A stretch of DNA of 64,000 nucleotides, taken from Albugo candida. Its lineage: Eukaryota. Below, one piece after another: positions 50,893-62,409 of this stretch. The notes under the pieces are model-generated. The model had not been told where the DNA came from, did no database searches, and worked only from the letters and a program-made list of their open reading frames with translations. The stretch is from positions 248,001 to 312,000 of the forward strand of contig JBDOQK010000026.1 in assembly GCA_040437565.1 (NCBI GenBank). The letters are read 5' to 3'. Each line of letters begins with the position of its first letter. The first letter of the stretch is position 1. Both the position numbers and the translations under genes were made by a program.

Positions 50893-53800
50893 ATGCACTT
50901 TGCAAGGGAATGGCTAGTAAATTGTCGCAATTGTCACTCGGTCGTCGCCCATGACTTTGATATATTTTTCTGTCATGAGAATGCTCGCAGTCTCCATTTA
51001 TTATTAAATGAAACCAATTTGGTAGTCACATCTCTGTCAGACGATTCACTTTTGACGCCGATGCGCTCGCTCTCGCTTTGTGAGACAGAAGCTAAGCCAT
51101 TTTCGACTCCAGATGCACCGCCTAAACCTGAACTGAAGCTTGTTCGGTGCATGAATGATCCCACGGAGCAGCAAACCTTGCAGCTGATTATGCAGTCGAA
51201 CGAAAGGCTCAATAAACGATCTCGTAATCCATTCAATCTTTTCTGTTTCGACTGTAAAGCCAAATTGGGTGCACGAGGGTATTTAAATGGATCCAAAAAA
51301 ATGAATTTTTTTCTATCGTACACAGCTTGCATTTGCACTTATCGATTTATTTCACCAGAGTTTATATCAATTCAGAAAGAACGAAAATGGCTCAAAATTG
51401 TCAAAATTCTCGAAGAAGAAGGCTTTAAAATCTCAAAAACAACTTTGCAGGAGCTCATTGACCAACAAGGAGGCATCACGAAAGCTAGAAAAGTTGAGCG
51501 TATCATTTACCCACTTCATGTGCCCACTCTCGAGTCTATCGAGGAAAGAGGTGCCGAGCTGATGAATTGCAAGATGTCACAACTTCGTGATTATCAAGTG
51601 GAGCTTGTAGTCGGGGCGCTTGCGGTCAATACGCTCATCTATCTCCCGACAGGTACTGAATATCTGCTTGTGCTCTGTTGAACTGATGAGAGTTGATGGA
51701 TGTGGCAGGATGCGGTAAAACACTGATCGCAATCAAAGTAATGGAAGAATTTGCGGCATTGAATCCAAAGCGAATTACTGTATTTCTCGTCCCAACACGT
51801 CCACTTGTTTCTCAACAGGCTCAATATGTTCGAAGAGAATCTAATTTGATGGCAATTGAGCTCATGGGGCAGACACCCACACTGCTAAAAGATTTGGTGA
51901 AAATTAGGGAAAAAATCGCATTGGATGAATCGGTCGCTCTTGTGATAACACCTCAATTGTTTTTCAATTTGCTATTCGAAAATCGACTCTACTTGAGCGA
52001 TGTGTCGCTACTGATTTTTGACGAAGCTCATCACGCAATAGGCGATCATCCGTATGCGGAGATATTGAATCTTCTCTCAGCACAAGACGAATGTGATCGA
52101 CCACGATTGATGGGTCTTAGTGCATCACCGTATGGAAATAAAGCCGGAGAGGAGACCGGGTCCGCATTCTTGCACCAATTACTCCGTATGTACAATGCAA
52201 CACTCGATACGCCTTCGCTTACAGCACGGGACTGGGTCAACAATTTTGTTCCGAAAGATGCAAAATGGGTCATTGTCGAGGAATCAGCACGGGAAAAACA
52301 CATTCGCATAGCTCTACGAAACTATATCGATTCATTCGCGAGTATCCTGAACGCTGCTAGTTCGAGTTTGGAGCATTGTCTTTTGATGGATTATGACACC
52401 GATGATACAAGTCGAGCGATGTTTGTAGGTCGGCTTCGACTCACATTGATCAATAACACGACCATGTCGGAATCGTATAAACGGATCTGCAAGCATGTGT
52501 TGACCATTTTAAGCGGCTTTGAGACATTATCGGTGATAGGCGCCACACAAACTATCATTGCGCTCCGTACACGTTTCAACCAAATTCGTGGCCGTACGAC
52601 GAATGCCGGTGATCGTGATTTGTATACCATTTTGGCACCAGCGTATCACATGTACATTGGGCCTTTGATTGCGCTTTATACGACAAAAAAAGAACTGCTT
52701 ATGGAAGAATTGGCATCTAGAGTGAATATGATCAGCAATTTGATACAACAAATGCACTCGAACGATGGCTCTCGTGGAATTGTGTTTGTACGCACACGTC
52801 AAAGCGCTCGTCTTATTGCTACTGTGATGTCTCAAATTCCGACATTACGGGTTTTAAATCCCACAAAATTTGTCGGACAGCACTACTTCGAAGGAATGTC
52901 GTGGGAACACGAGCAAAGGCCTATTCTTGAGAAATTTCGTCAGGGTCAAATCCGTCTTCTGATTGCGACGAATGTGCTCGAAGAGGGTATTGATGTTCCT
53001 GAATGTTCGTTTGTCATTCGATTCGATGGGGTTGCCGGTGTAAAAAGCCTAATACAAAGTCGAGGAAGAGCTCGTTGCAAGTATGGTTCTTTTATGATTC
53101 TTTGTACACAGAAAGAAAAAGAAAAGCAGGAAAAGCTTTTGTATACTGAACGCAACATGGTTGCAACTGCCCGATTGTTGGCTGCATGTCACCCAGCAAA
53201 ATATACAGCGTCCAAGATTTTGCAAGTAGAACAAGGACCCAGACTCGAGACGTGTCCTGATGCCCAGCAGTCTGTAGATGATGTTCCAGGAACGTGGAAT
53301 TTTGTATTTGGCACAGTCATCGAGTCAACTGTTGAGCTGATTGTAGATGGATCCTTTTTCAAACGGCTCTCACAGCAGGTAAATGTGGTGTTACTTGATA
53401 AATCATTTAATCTTTGCACCGCGCGAGGTGATTTATCTCCACTGAGCCAATACAATGAATTATGTCGCTGTCTCGAGTACGGGTCTTTGAAGGATGGCGT
53501 AACCTATTGGACGCGTTATGAAAGCGATCTCACGGAAACAAAAGCTGTTTTCGAAATGGATACTGTCGTCTCTCCAAAGAGTCAAACAAGTGCCACAATT
53601 ATCAGTTTATGTCGCGGGAAATTCACCGATTCGATGCAGATATTTGTGAGAAAGGAAAACTTATTGCATGACGGACTTGATGGCACTTTTTTCCTGTCCG
53701 ATAATCATTGTTGGGTGGAAATCATTGACGAAATGGTGATTACGTTTCATTTTTCCGCTTTATTTCAACAAATTTGCTGGCTGGAGCAGGATGTTCTCAC

Positions 53801-56800
53801 GGATTGCGTTCATTTTTATATGACTTTCAAAACTCCACCTTACATTGAGCAAACAGGCTCACGTCAATGTATCGACTTTGATCGACAGGCGTTGTCTTTC
53901 TGCTTTACGTGCAAGTTGGAAAGTGACGAGATGCTTGATACAATACGCCGACATTTGAAGAAGGTTGGAATCGATGTGAGAGATACTAAATTCACACGCG
54001 CAGAGGCTCCGGTTGGGGAGAATTGTGCGAGTACAGAGCAACTATGGCTGCCATTCCGTACAGCGTACGCTTTAGAATGTTTTTGCTCTCGTGTATGCTT
54101 CACGTTAGGCGATTATCTACCTGCTACATTACTCGAGGAACTTGCAAAGCTGAGCACACTCAATCAGGAGCAAGCATTGTACATTTTCGATCCAAAAGGA
54201 GGCAAGTCTTTGGAAGCTGAATTCAAGGAGTTTCTCACATCAGAGTTCCTTACAGACGGCTCAATCGAGAATCAAGTGTTTGAGCTCACGAGTCCACAAA
54301 ACGTAGTGTTTCAAATCATGGTGACACCGTCGAGAATCCTGTATCTTCCGCCATTAGCAACCACCGAAAATCGAATGTTTCGGCATTTTGGGTCCTCGAA
54401 ATTCATGTATGTTCATTTTCGCGACGAGAACAATGAGCGATTAGAGCTCAAGCATGAGGCCATACTCACTCGCATGGAAGAATTTCTGACCAGAGGCATT
54501 ACGCTCAAGTATACAGAAAATAAACAGAATCATCAAGCCACATTCCAGTTTGTAGGATGCTCCATGAGTCAAGTCCGAGACTGCTGCTGTATCTTCACAT
54601 TACTCGATCCTTATGCGGTTCGAGCTTGGGCCGGTTCCATTTCGCCCAAGTACGCACCTGCCGAATATCTTAAACGACTGAGTCGAGTATTCACGTCGAC
54701 AATGGAAGCGTATCCGATCTCCGATATCGTGATGGAAAATCTTAAAGCAGATGTTACAAATGATACATATACGTTCACGGATGGCTGTGGTGAGATCAGT
54801 GTGCAGTCTGCAAACGGTATTGCGAACGTATTGGAAATGAAACAAGTACCTTGTGCATTTCAAATCCGATTAGGTGGGGCGAAAGGTGTGCTGGTAACCT
54901 CCGACTTTCAGTCAGAAGCACCGAAAGAAACTGGAATTTGTCTGCGTCATAGTATGATGAAATTCGAGACAAATCATCGTATGCTTGAGATTGTATCGTA
55001 CAGCAGTCAATCTCCCGCGTATCTCTCGCGACAAAGTATACAATTGCTAAGCGATTTGAAAGTTCCTGACAACGTATTCATCAAACTCCAGGAAGATTAT
55101 TTGGAATCCTTACGTGTCTCATTTGCATCTGAAGAAGACGCAAGGACCACACTGAAGTCGGATCTTCTGAATCCATTCAAATCCTCTCTTATCAACTTGA
55201 CCGCACGTGGTATGTCGGTCATGGACGATGAGTATCTCCGATCGGTGCTTCACGCAACGTATGCGTATAAAGTTCAAAATGTCGTGCATCGTGCTCGCAT
55301 TCTGATACCCAAAGCACGAGTCATGATGGGTGTTGCTGATTTCACCGGAACACTCGAATACGGGCAGGTATTTGTCCAGTATTCCGAGCAGGAATCTGAT
55401 GAAAAAAGGATTAATGTGATACTCGATCAAGTGAATGTCGTTGTTCATCGGAATCCGTGTCATCACCCTGGGGACATTCGAGTATTACGTTGTCGTGCGG
55501 ATGTTCCCGAGCAGCTCAAACGCTTGGTCGATGTAATTGTGTTTCCAGTATCAGGACCACGCCCTCACCCCGATGAATGCACTGGAGGAGATTTAGATGG
55601 CGATATGTATTCGGTCATTTGGGATGAGAAATTGATTCCACGACTCGAAAATGTCACGGAAGCAATGGATTTTTTCGCCGAAAAAAAAAAGAATACAGAC
55701 AATGTGGAAATGACACAATCTGTTCTGATCAAAGCGTTTATCTCAATGGTATACAGTAGCGTGCTTGGAATCGCTTCCAATGCTCATTTAGCGCTTTGCG
55801 ATTACTCGGAGAAAGGAAGTTTTGATCCAAGTGCGATCAAATTGGCATGGATATGCTCGCAACAAGTCGATGGGTATCGTCTTGAGGAGCATCTACAGAT
55901 CATTCGTGAGTTGTCACCGCCAACATATCCCGATTTCATGGAATCGGAACGCTTATCGCATCGCTCGTCTAAAATCCTCGGCAAATTGTATCGATCGAGC
56001 AAGATTTTGACTCTTTTGGATCACTCGTGCTTGAAACACGATGAGCAACACGTGAATGATGACTTTATGGTTGGCAATTATACAAAATATGTGGCGCTAA
56101 CTAAGATTCTATATCGGCAATATTGTCGCTCGATAGCTGCGCTTTTGCGAATGTCTGGTGCTGTTCTCGAAGGTGAATTAGCATCGGGACTTATCGTAAG
56201 AACAGACGATTTATATCGCACCGATTACTTTCGATTTGGTGAGCGATGTCGTGATGCTTTTTTCAGAAATGTGCGCCAATATCGTAAAATATTTAGTGTG
56301 TTGTGCAAAACATTGAATGAATTTGAGCGTTGTGAGCTCGCTTCTGCGTGGTATTATGCGATATTCTCGCTCAAAAATGGTGAAAATCGATTTTTAAGCT
56401 TTGGATGGATCATTATGGATGAGTTGCTGATGAATTACTCGATCAATCAAGCGCAAACGCGCACCACATTGCATTCACCGCCTGCTCAAAATATGGAGAC
56501 GTTTGTGTCCAAACTCCAAGTCTCTATGATGGCGAATTTAGAACTTGCGCGAAATGATTTGTTATCAGAGTATTTTGATCGATTGCAGGCTCGGAGTGCT
56601 GTGGAATGCAGTATTTCGCCAATGTTGACGAATAGAATCCACATCATTTTATTTGGATCGTCTGCTTTACTGCTCAATGAGAAGGTCTCGGATTTAGATT
56701 TAATGATACATGCACCAAAAGACGTTGATCTCCATGCGGTCAAGCACGTATTGGCGTCGACGCTGTACAAGGACACTATTCTCAAAGACGAAATGCGCGT

Positions 56801-59081
56801 TCCAATTTTAAAATTCGTTCTGGAGCGATGGGATGTGGAAATGTGCACATATGTGAATGGACCACTTAAGACGCATCTGTTTCGTGCGTATGCGATGGAA
56901 AATGCATTTTTTTGGCCCTGTTTGTATTTCTTACTGAAATGGGGACGATGTTCGGCGTTCGTAAAGCGAGGTGATAAACGTGGAGAAAATTTCTTTTCTC
57001 CGACCACATTTATTTGGCTTTTTGTAGGCTTTTGCCTGCACAAGAATTTCATGCATCGAATCTCACCCGATACAATCCAACTCGAAGCTTTGCTGGAGGA
57101 AGCCAACGATATGAATAAGCAAGTCTCGTTATGGAACACGCTATTGCGTGATGTTTTGGTGAATTCGTCTACCAGCTCGCCGACATCAGCTCAAGTACTT
57201 TGGGAATTTCTCAAGTTTTATGCGGACAGCTTCACGCCGACTTGCTTTTACGCTTGCCATGATCCGTATGATGCGACCAATAATACACAATTGGATGATC
57301 GAAGTATTGAGATTTTCAAAAGCCATTGCCAAGTCGCAATGCATCGACTACTGTTGTATCGTGGTCGAGTCGATTGTCTGCTTGTGAAATCGACAAATCA
57401 TTCCACTCGCATTATACTCAGCAGAGCGCTAAGTCGACGAATTTTATGTGCTCCAAACTTTTTCGCAAAAAAATTACTGCTCGAATGTAATGCTCCAAGG
57501 AATACGAAATTGGAATTTACGAGTCACTCCAATCAGCTTCGTAAGCATCTGCTGGTGGCTGAAGTTGCGGGTGACGGCGGAACGACACAATGGATTGAGA
57601 AAAAGTTGGAATTATTTGAGTTGGAGCTTGGTGGCTCGCTTAAATTGCACAGCACCAATCGATCGTATTTCCGGGAAAATGCGGGTCTTTTGTTATTTGA
57701 AGGAGCTTTGTCGCAGGATGAAAAGATCGGATTCTCAAGTTATTTCAAAGAATGCAATCTCCATCACGAAGAATTTCCGCTGCATCAGGCGCATTTACTG
57801 TGTTATGCACATAGTCGACAATGGTATAAGCACGCTTGCGTCACCTTTCAGACCAAATTTATGCAGCAAATGATTCGACTGGGCCATTTCTCTGAGACGT
57901 ATCCTAATGCATTGCATCCCAAGGCGCTCATACGATTTGGGTACCATTATCTCATTCATCTACCACGATCGTTCCATGAAGAGACTTTGATCCATGCCAC
58001 CATCCAACGCCTCGATGAGGAATTTGAAAGAGGACGGATTGCCTACGATCTATATCGTGCTGTCTTGACCGCCAAAATGGAGAATTATGCAAATATAGAA
58101 GATTCTTTAAAAGTCGAGGATTCAATGGAGAACGAAGAGATAGCACACATGGAAGATTTCGCAAATGCAGAGGATCCAATGGAGACCGAGGAATCTACGC
58201 AATCGGAGGAACCGGTAGCAAAGAACGAAACACGAGATTCGCCAGCTGAAAAGAATAATTCGTCTAGACGTCGCGATGCTCCATTACGAGATCTTCTCAA
58301 AGTTGCTCGCAATGATAAAGGCGTCACCCATTCATTTTACCCGAAAATTCATGCCATGCTGTTACCAGCCGTGACAGAGTACGTGTCGAATCGGCTACAG
58401 ATGTCGTACGTGGAAACGACTTCCTCGTACTCTGTCTCGTTGATTTACCGCGGCTTTGAGTATGTGGCGCATTTGAGCGACGAACTGGTTTTTGTATCAC
58501 TTCGCACGCGACCTTGTCGATGGTTTTGCTCGACTTTAAAAATGCGTCAAGAATTCGAAGAAACATCAAGTTATTTTGATCCAACGCCCGACGTGCGATA
58601 TTACGTCAGCACATCTGAAGAATTGCAGCAAGATGACGTCTTATACTTAAAATTGCTTCAAGCATGCGATAAAGCTGCTGATCGAAAAGGGATTTTGGAA
58701 CACTCGAATGACTCCAAGTGCCCTATTCGAATTAGCGACGCATTACAGGACGTTGGGATTAATGCGAGTGCTATTCCAACCATTCGACATGTGACCGGAA
58801 GGCGCTATTACTGCGCAGACTCAAAGGTTGAGATTTCAATCTTACAAGCGACCGAGTACACAGCGCCAATATTGCACAATTTGGAAAAGGGATTTCATCG
58901 AATTCGGCACAAAAATGAAGTTGAAGTGTATATGCCGCCGCTCGATATGCAGGTAGGGCTATCCCCTGCGTATGCGGAGACGTTCTTGTCGACTGGAGTT
59001 AAAATCGCCGAGTTCTTACGAACGTTTACGACGTTATCAACCGCGATACAACAGCCCGGTGATGATTTATTTGGGCAATGA
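50893..59081 (+). CDS. RNA-dependent RNA polymerase fused to a Dicer/RIG-I-type DExD/H helicase and a non-canonical poly(A)/TUTase-type nucleotidyltransferase; 2 exons (50893-51652, 51709-59081), ~2,710 aa
   Basis: Splicing intron 51653-51708 restores Walker A LPTGCGKT. Helicase: LRDYQ, FLVPTRPLVSQQ, DEAHH (52020), GLSASP, GIVFVRTR, ATNVLEEGIDVP, QSRGRAR. RdRP: FTDGCGEIS, AFQIRLGGAKG, GVADFTGTLEYGQVF, RNPCHHPGDIR, GGDLDGD (DLDGD at 55590-55604). NTase: LFGSS...SDLDL (56652-56702), RVPILK, LKWG, FLKFY...DPYD. Confidence 0.93.
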
Positions 59082-60697
59082 GTGCATCATTATGGAATTA
59101 TTCAATCGTAGATGGCTATATGAGAAAGTATCGGTAAAACATATGGAAGCCGTTGTAAGAGTATCGGATGCTGCCTGGACGTGAATGCTTTGACAGATCG
59201 TTGGTTTTAATGGTATTATGTAGATTTGAGCCTTTGGTGGCGGTGTCAATTGACCGGCCTCATAGACGCGACTTTGTCGCTACTGAGCACGAGATGAAGG
59301 ATGCAGGTGACTGTAAAATGCGTGACGTTTTGATATGGATGAGACAGCTTTCTTGTATAACGCTACATCGGTGAAGATTATGACGGAAAAGTATCGGTAG
59401 GAGAGGCTGATCGCTGCTATTTGCTGCATTACCGACATCGAAAAAGCTGGTAGCTGTTTTATGAGACAGTAGACGATTTTTAAGGACGCTTTGCTTTACA
59501 ACTCGGTTTGTAAGGTGGGAACCAACGACTGACCAGATGATTTCAGGTCTATTTAGCTCTGATGCTCGGGGCTGAAGGAGTCGTATTCGGCAACCGCTTT
59601 ATACTACTACTATTTTCGCGCAAGTCTATTTTCGCGTAGGTTTTTGGTGTAGCACAATCAATCATTTTTGAATATCGAAAGTTATTTGCAAATTCTGAAA
59701 GAGATCCGCGGGGAGCAGTTTCGTTGTTTGAGAATATTGAAAGAATCACTGACGATACAGCTATGCACAGCTGCCCACCTCGCCAAAATAGCACAATTGA
59801 CGCGAGGAATATTTGCTTGTTGGGATTTTATAATGTAATAAGTCTTGCTACAATAGGTTCCCCAGAATCCAATGCAATCCTGTCTCGAAGACGGCTATGC
59901 TAGCTACAATAGACAACGGGCGCGTGAAATGCGCAATCCTCGCAGTAGATATTATATTACTGATCTCATATCAGATACAGACTATTGATATGACGCCATC
60001 TAAAGTAAAGCGCTCTATACACTTTTGATTGAATTTTTATATGAAACACATATCAGAAAGGTAAATCATACTGAATATAACATGTGGTGGGGATAGCTGA
60101 GAATTCTCAGACAGAAAGTTTCAGGATATCTGATTTGAACTCTCTAAACGTATCGTAAATAAAGAAGGCAATATAAGAATCTCTCAGTGTGCTGCTCGAC
60201 ATCAACTTCAAATCTACTTCTTGAACCGTACAACGCGCCTCGGAATCGATAATTAAATCAAATAAATTCTCGTCGTGAATTTATTTTTGCAGTACTAAAC
60301 TTACTCGCTAGCAGCGCATACATTCTCGAATCAGCACGAGCGGATAATCAGGATGTCTAGTTGCAGTCGACATGCGCACTCGACAGCCGTCAAGACGATC
60401 TACCATCTGATGTTGTGTAAGATTAGATTTAGCGAGCATTCACGAAAGACGAAAGTCAGCTATAGAGATGCTGACTGACCATAATCAGAATGCTTCGAAG
60501 AGCGTGTAAGAAAATGATTGAGTCACATTGTCACATCAAATGGCATGTATAGACAGCTACTTACGTGCGGTCTTGCGTGTCAGGAGGGTAAAGATTGCGT
60601 TAGAGGAAAATTCACTTGTACAGATTTATGCACATATTGACGTTTTTACCCTTCGATGACGATGAGATTTGTCATTTTCTGAATTGCTGAGTGTGCA

Positions 60698-61858
60698 ATG
60701 TACGTGATGCTTTTGATCCTCTTAGCGCTTTGCGCGTTTGATATTACTTGCGAAATGGCAATACCCCCTTCCGTAAGCTCCAACCTGGAAAAGTGGCAAT
60801 ACGATATGTTAGATAAGCTCAATAAGGTTCGTTCGGCTGCAGGTATGCCGGAAGTGGGAATAAATGAGTGCGTAAAATTCAAAGCTTTCTTTGATAGTGA
60901 AATTGAGACTAACTTTCTTGCTAGTAAATTGGGAACCGCAGCTGAGCTCCATGCGGCTTACATGGCGAGATTTAGTGTAATGAGCCATGTTGGCGCTAGC
61001 GGATCGACTCCAAAAGACCGCATACAAGCCGCGGGCTTTAAGGATCTAAAATATGGGGAGAATATCGCATACGGACAAACATCGGTGGATAGGGTCATAG
61101 ACGAGTGGGTAAAATCGCCAGAGCATTATAAAAACATGATCGGCCCTTTTACTTGCGTTGGATTTGCTCAGAAGATAAGTAAGGATGGTACATTGTATTG
61201 GTGCCAGGATTTTGGAACTAGTGAAGTTGACACATGCCCAAGTCCAAGCTCTCCGGGGATACCACCACTGCCTACACCACCACTGCCTACACCATCGCCG
61301 CCTACACCATCACCGCCTGCACCATCGCCGCCTGCACCCTCTCCGAAAACCCCACCAAGCTTTCAGGTATTACCATCGACGCCTACAGTATCTCTGTCTC
61401 CGCCTCCGCCTCCGACGATAATACCAGGAGTAAATCCAACACCTTCAATACCGCCACAATTATCCTCATCTCCAGGTACGGTATCTGCAAGACAACCGCC
61501 TGGTCAAAACATACAAGATTTCTCACTGCAATTTTTTGATGCTGAAAAGTTATTGCAAGCCCAGGAACCAATTAAAAATTTTCAAAACTTTGACGCTTCA
61601 AAGTTTGTCGATGATCTCAAGTCCGTCGTCGGAATGGTAGAACCGCCAAAATTTCAGCAATATCAACCACCCACTCTTTTGCCTCAACAGCCATACCAGC
61701 CTTCGTCTCAACCGCCATCTGAACAACCACCAACTCTTTTGCCTGAACAACCATACCAGCCTTCGTCTCAATCGCCATCTGAACAATCACCGACCAATGT
61801 AGAAGCACCAAATCTTAATCGTCAGGATGAATTTGATTCGAGTCACACTCACTGCTAG
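60698..61858 (+). CDS. Secreted CAP/SCP-domain protein with a Pro/Gln-rich tail; probable in-frame intron 60868-60924
   Basis: Signal peptide, MLDKLNKVRS, AAELHAAYMA, MSHVG, GENIAYGQ, WVKSPEHYKNM and YWCQDFG, followed by Pro-rich repeats. Confidence 0.9.
   Translation: MYVMLLILLALCAFDITCEMAIPPSVSSNLEKWQYDMLDKLNKVRSAAGMPEVGINECVKFKAFFDSEIETNFLASKLGTAAELHAAYMARFSVMSHVGASGSTPKDRIQAAGFKDLKYGENIAYGQTSVDRVIDEWVKSPEHYKNMIGPFTCVGFAQKISKDGTLYWCQDFGTSEVDTCPSPSSPGIPPLPTPPLPTPSPPTPSPPAPSPPAPSPKTPPSFQVLPSTPTVSLSPPPPPTIIPGVNPTPSIPPQLSSSPGTVSARQPPGQNIQDFSLQFFDAEKLLQAQEPIKNFQNFDASKFVDDLKSVVGMVEPPKFQQYQPPTLLPQQPYQPSSQPPSEQPPTLLPEQPYQPSSQSPSEQSPTNVEAPNLNRQDEFDSSHTHC
61261..61345 (+). repeat. Coding 15-bp tandem repeat (PPLPT/PSPPT/PSPPA, ~5 units)
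   Basis: accaccactgcctac / accatcgccgcctgc units. Confidence 0.85.
61664..61795 (+). repeat. Coding 60-bp tandem repeat (QPPTLLPxQPYQPSSQxPSE, 2 units plus a partial)
   Basis: Lines 61681 and 61741 are nearly identical at a 60-bp offset. Confidence 0.9.
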
Positions 61859-62409
61859 CTCCTGAGTCTATTTCATAAGTAAATAGTAGTGTAATTGGTA
61901 ATTCGTCCTGTAATCTACAAACTTTTTAATTCACGCGATACATTTTTTTTGCTCATAAAGCACGATAGAAAATCAAGTAGAGAAGAGTACGAATCCGACA
62001 TACTCAGCTCCATCCATAAACTTTCCCATAATCTCTTAATTACATCACGTGCCTTCCTTGAAACATGTCGTCTTCGAAACAGCTTGCGTATCTAAATCTG
62101 GTGAGAAAGCTCACTTTAATCGTTTTTACATCGCCTTGTTTGGCACAGCCCACATACATTTATCCCATGGCTCCTTTCGGTTGAGCACGTGCCATTGATA
62201 CGGAGACTGATCTCGAAACTGAGAAAATATAGGGAGCCAGCAATTCTGATCAATTGAGAACTGAGCTCCTTTTTTGTAACATTTAATCTGGGCGGATGTA
62301 TGGGCTTTATCTCAATGGTGCCACGCCATCATGTTGTAATCATATGCTGGCAGAAGAATGTGCACTTGACAGAAAATGAGATATTGTCATTGCAGATTTT
62401 ATCTCATCA

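Noticed and set aside
53425-53480. dsRBD/DUF283-like helix (SPLSQYNELCRCL) after the helicase
   Set aside because: Only the first helix resembles a dsRBD, and the following strands and second helix cannot be recognised by eye.
28059-58584. Numerous 60-217 aa antisense or alternate-frame ORFs inside the two long genes
   Set aside because: These are shadow ORFs of long coding regions with no independent motifs.
50893-59081. Calling the large ORF a Dicer or a viral/endogenous-virus polymerase
   Set aside because: No RNase III signature (ERLEFLGD) or PAZ is seen. The polymerase motif is the cellular DLDGD type, not viral GDD, and the gene has a spliceosomal intron.
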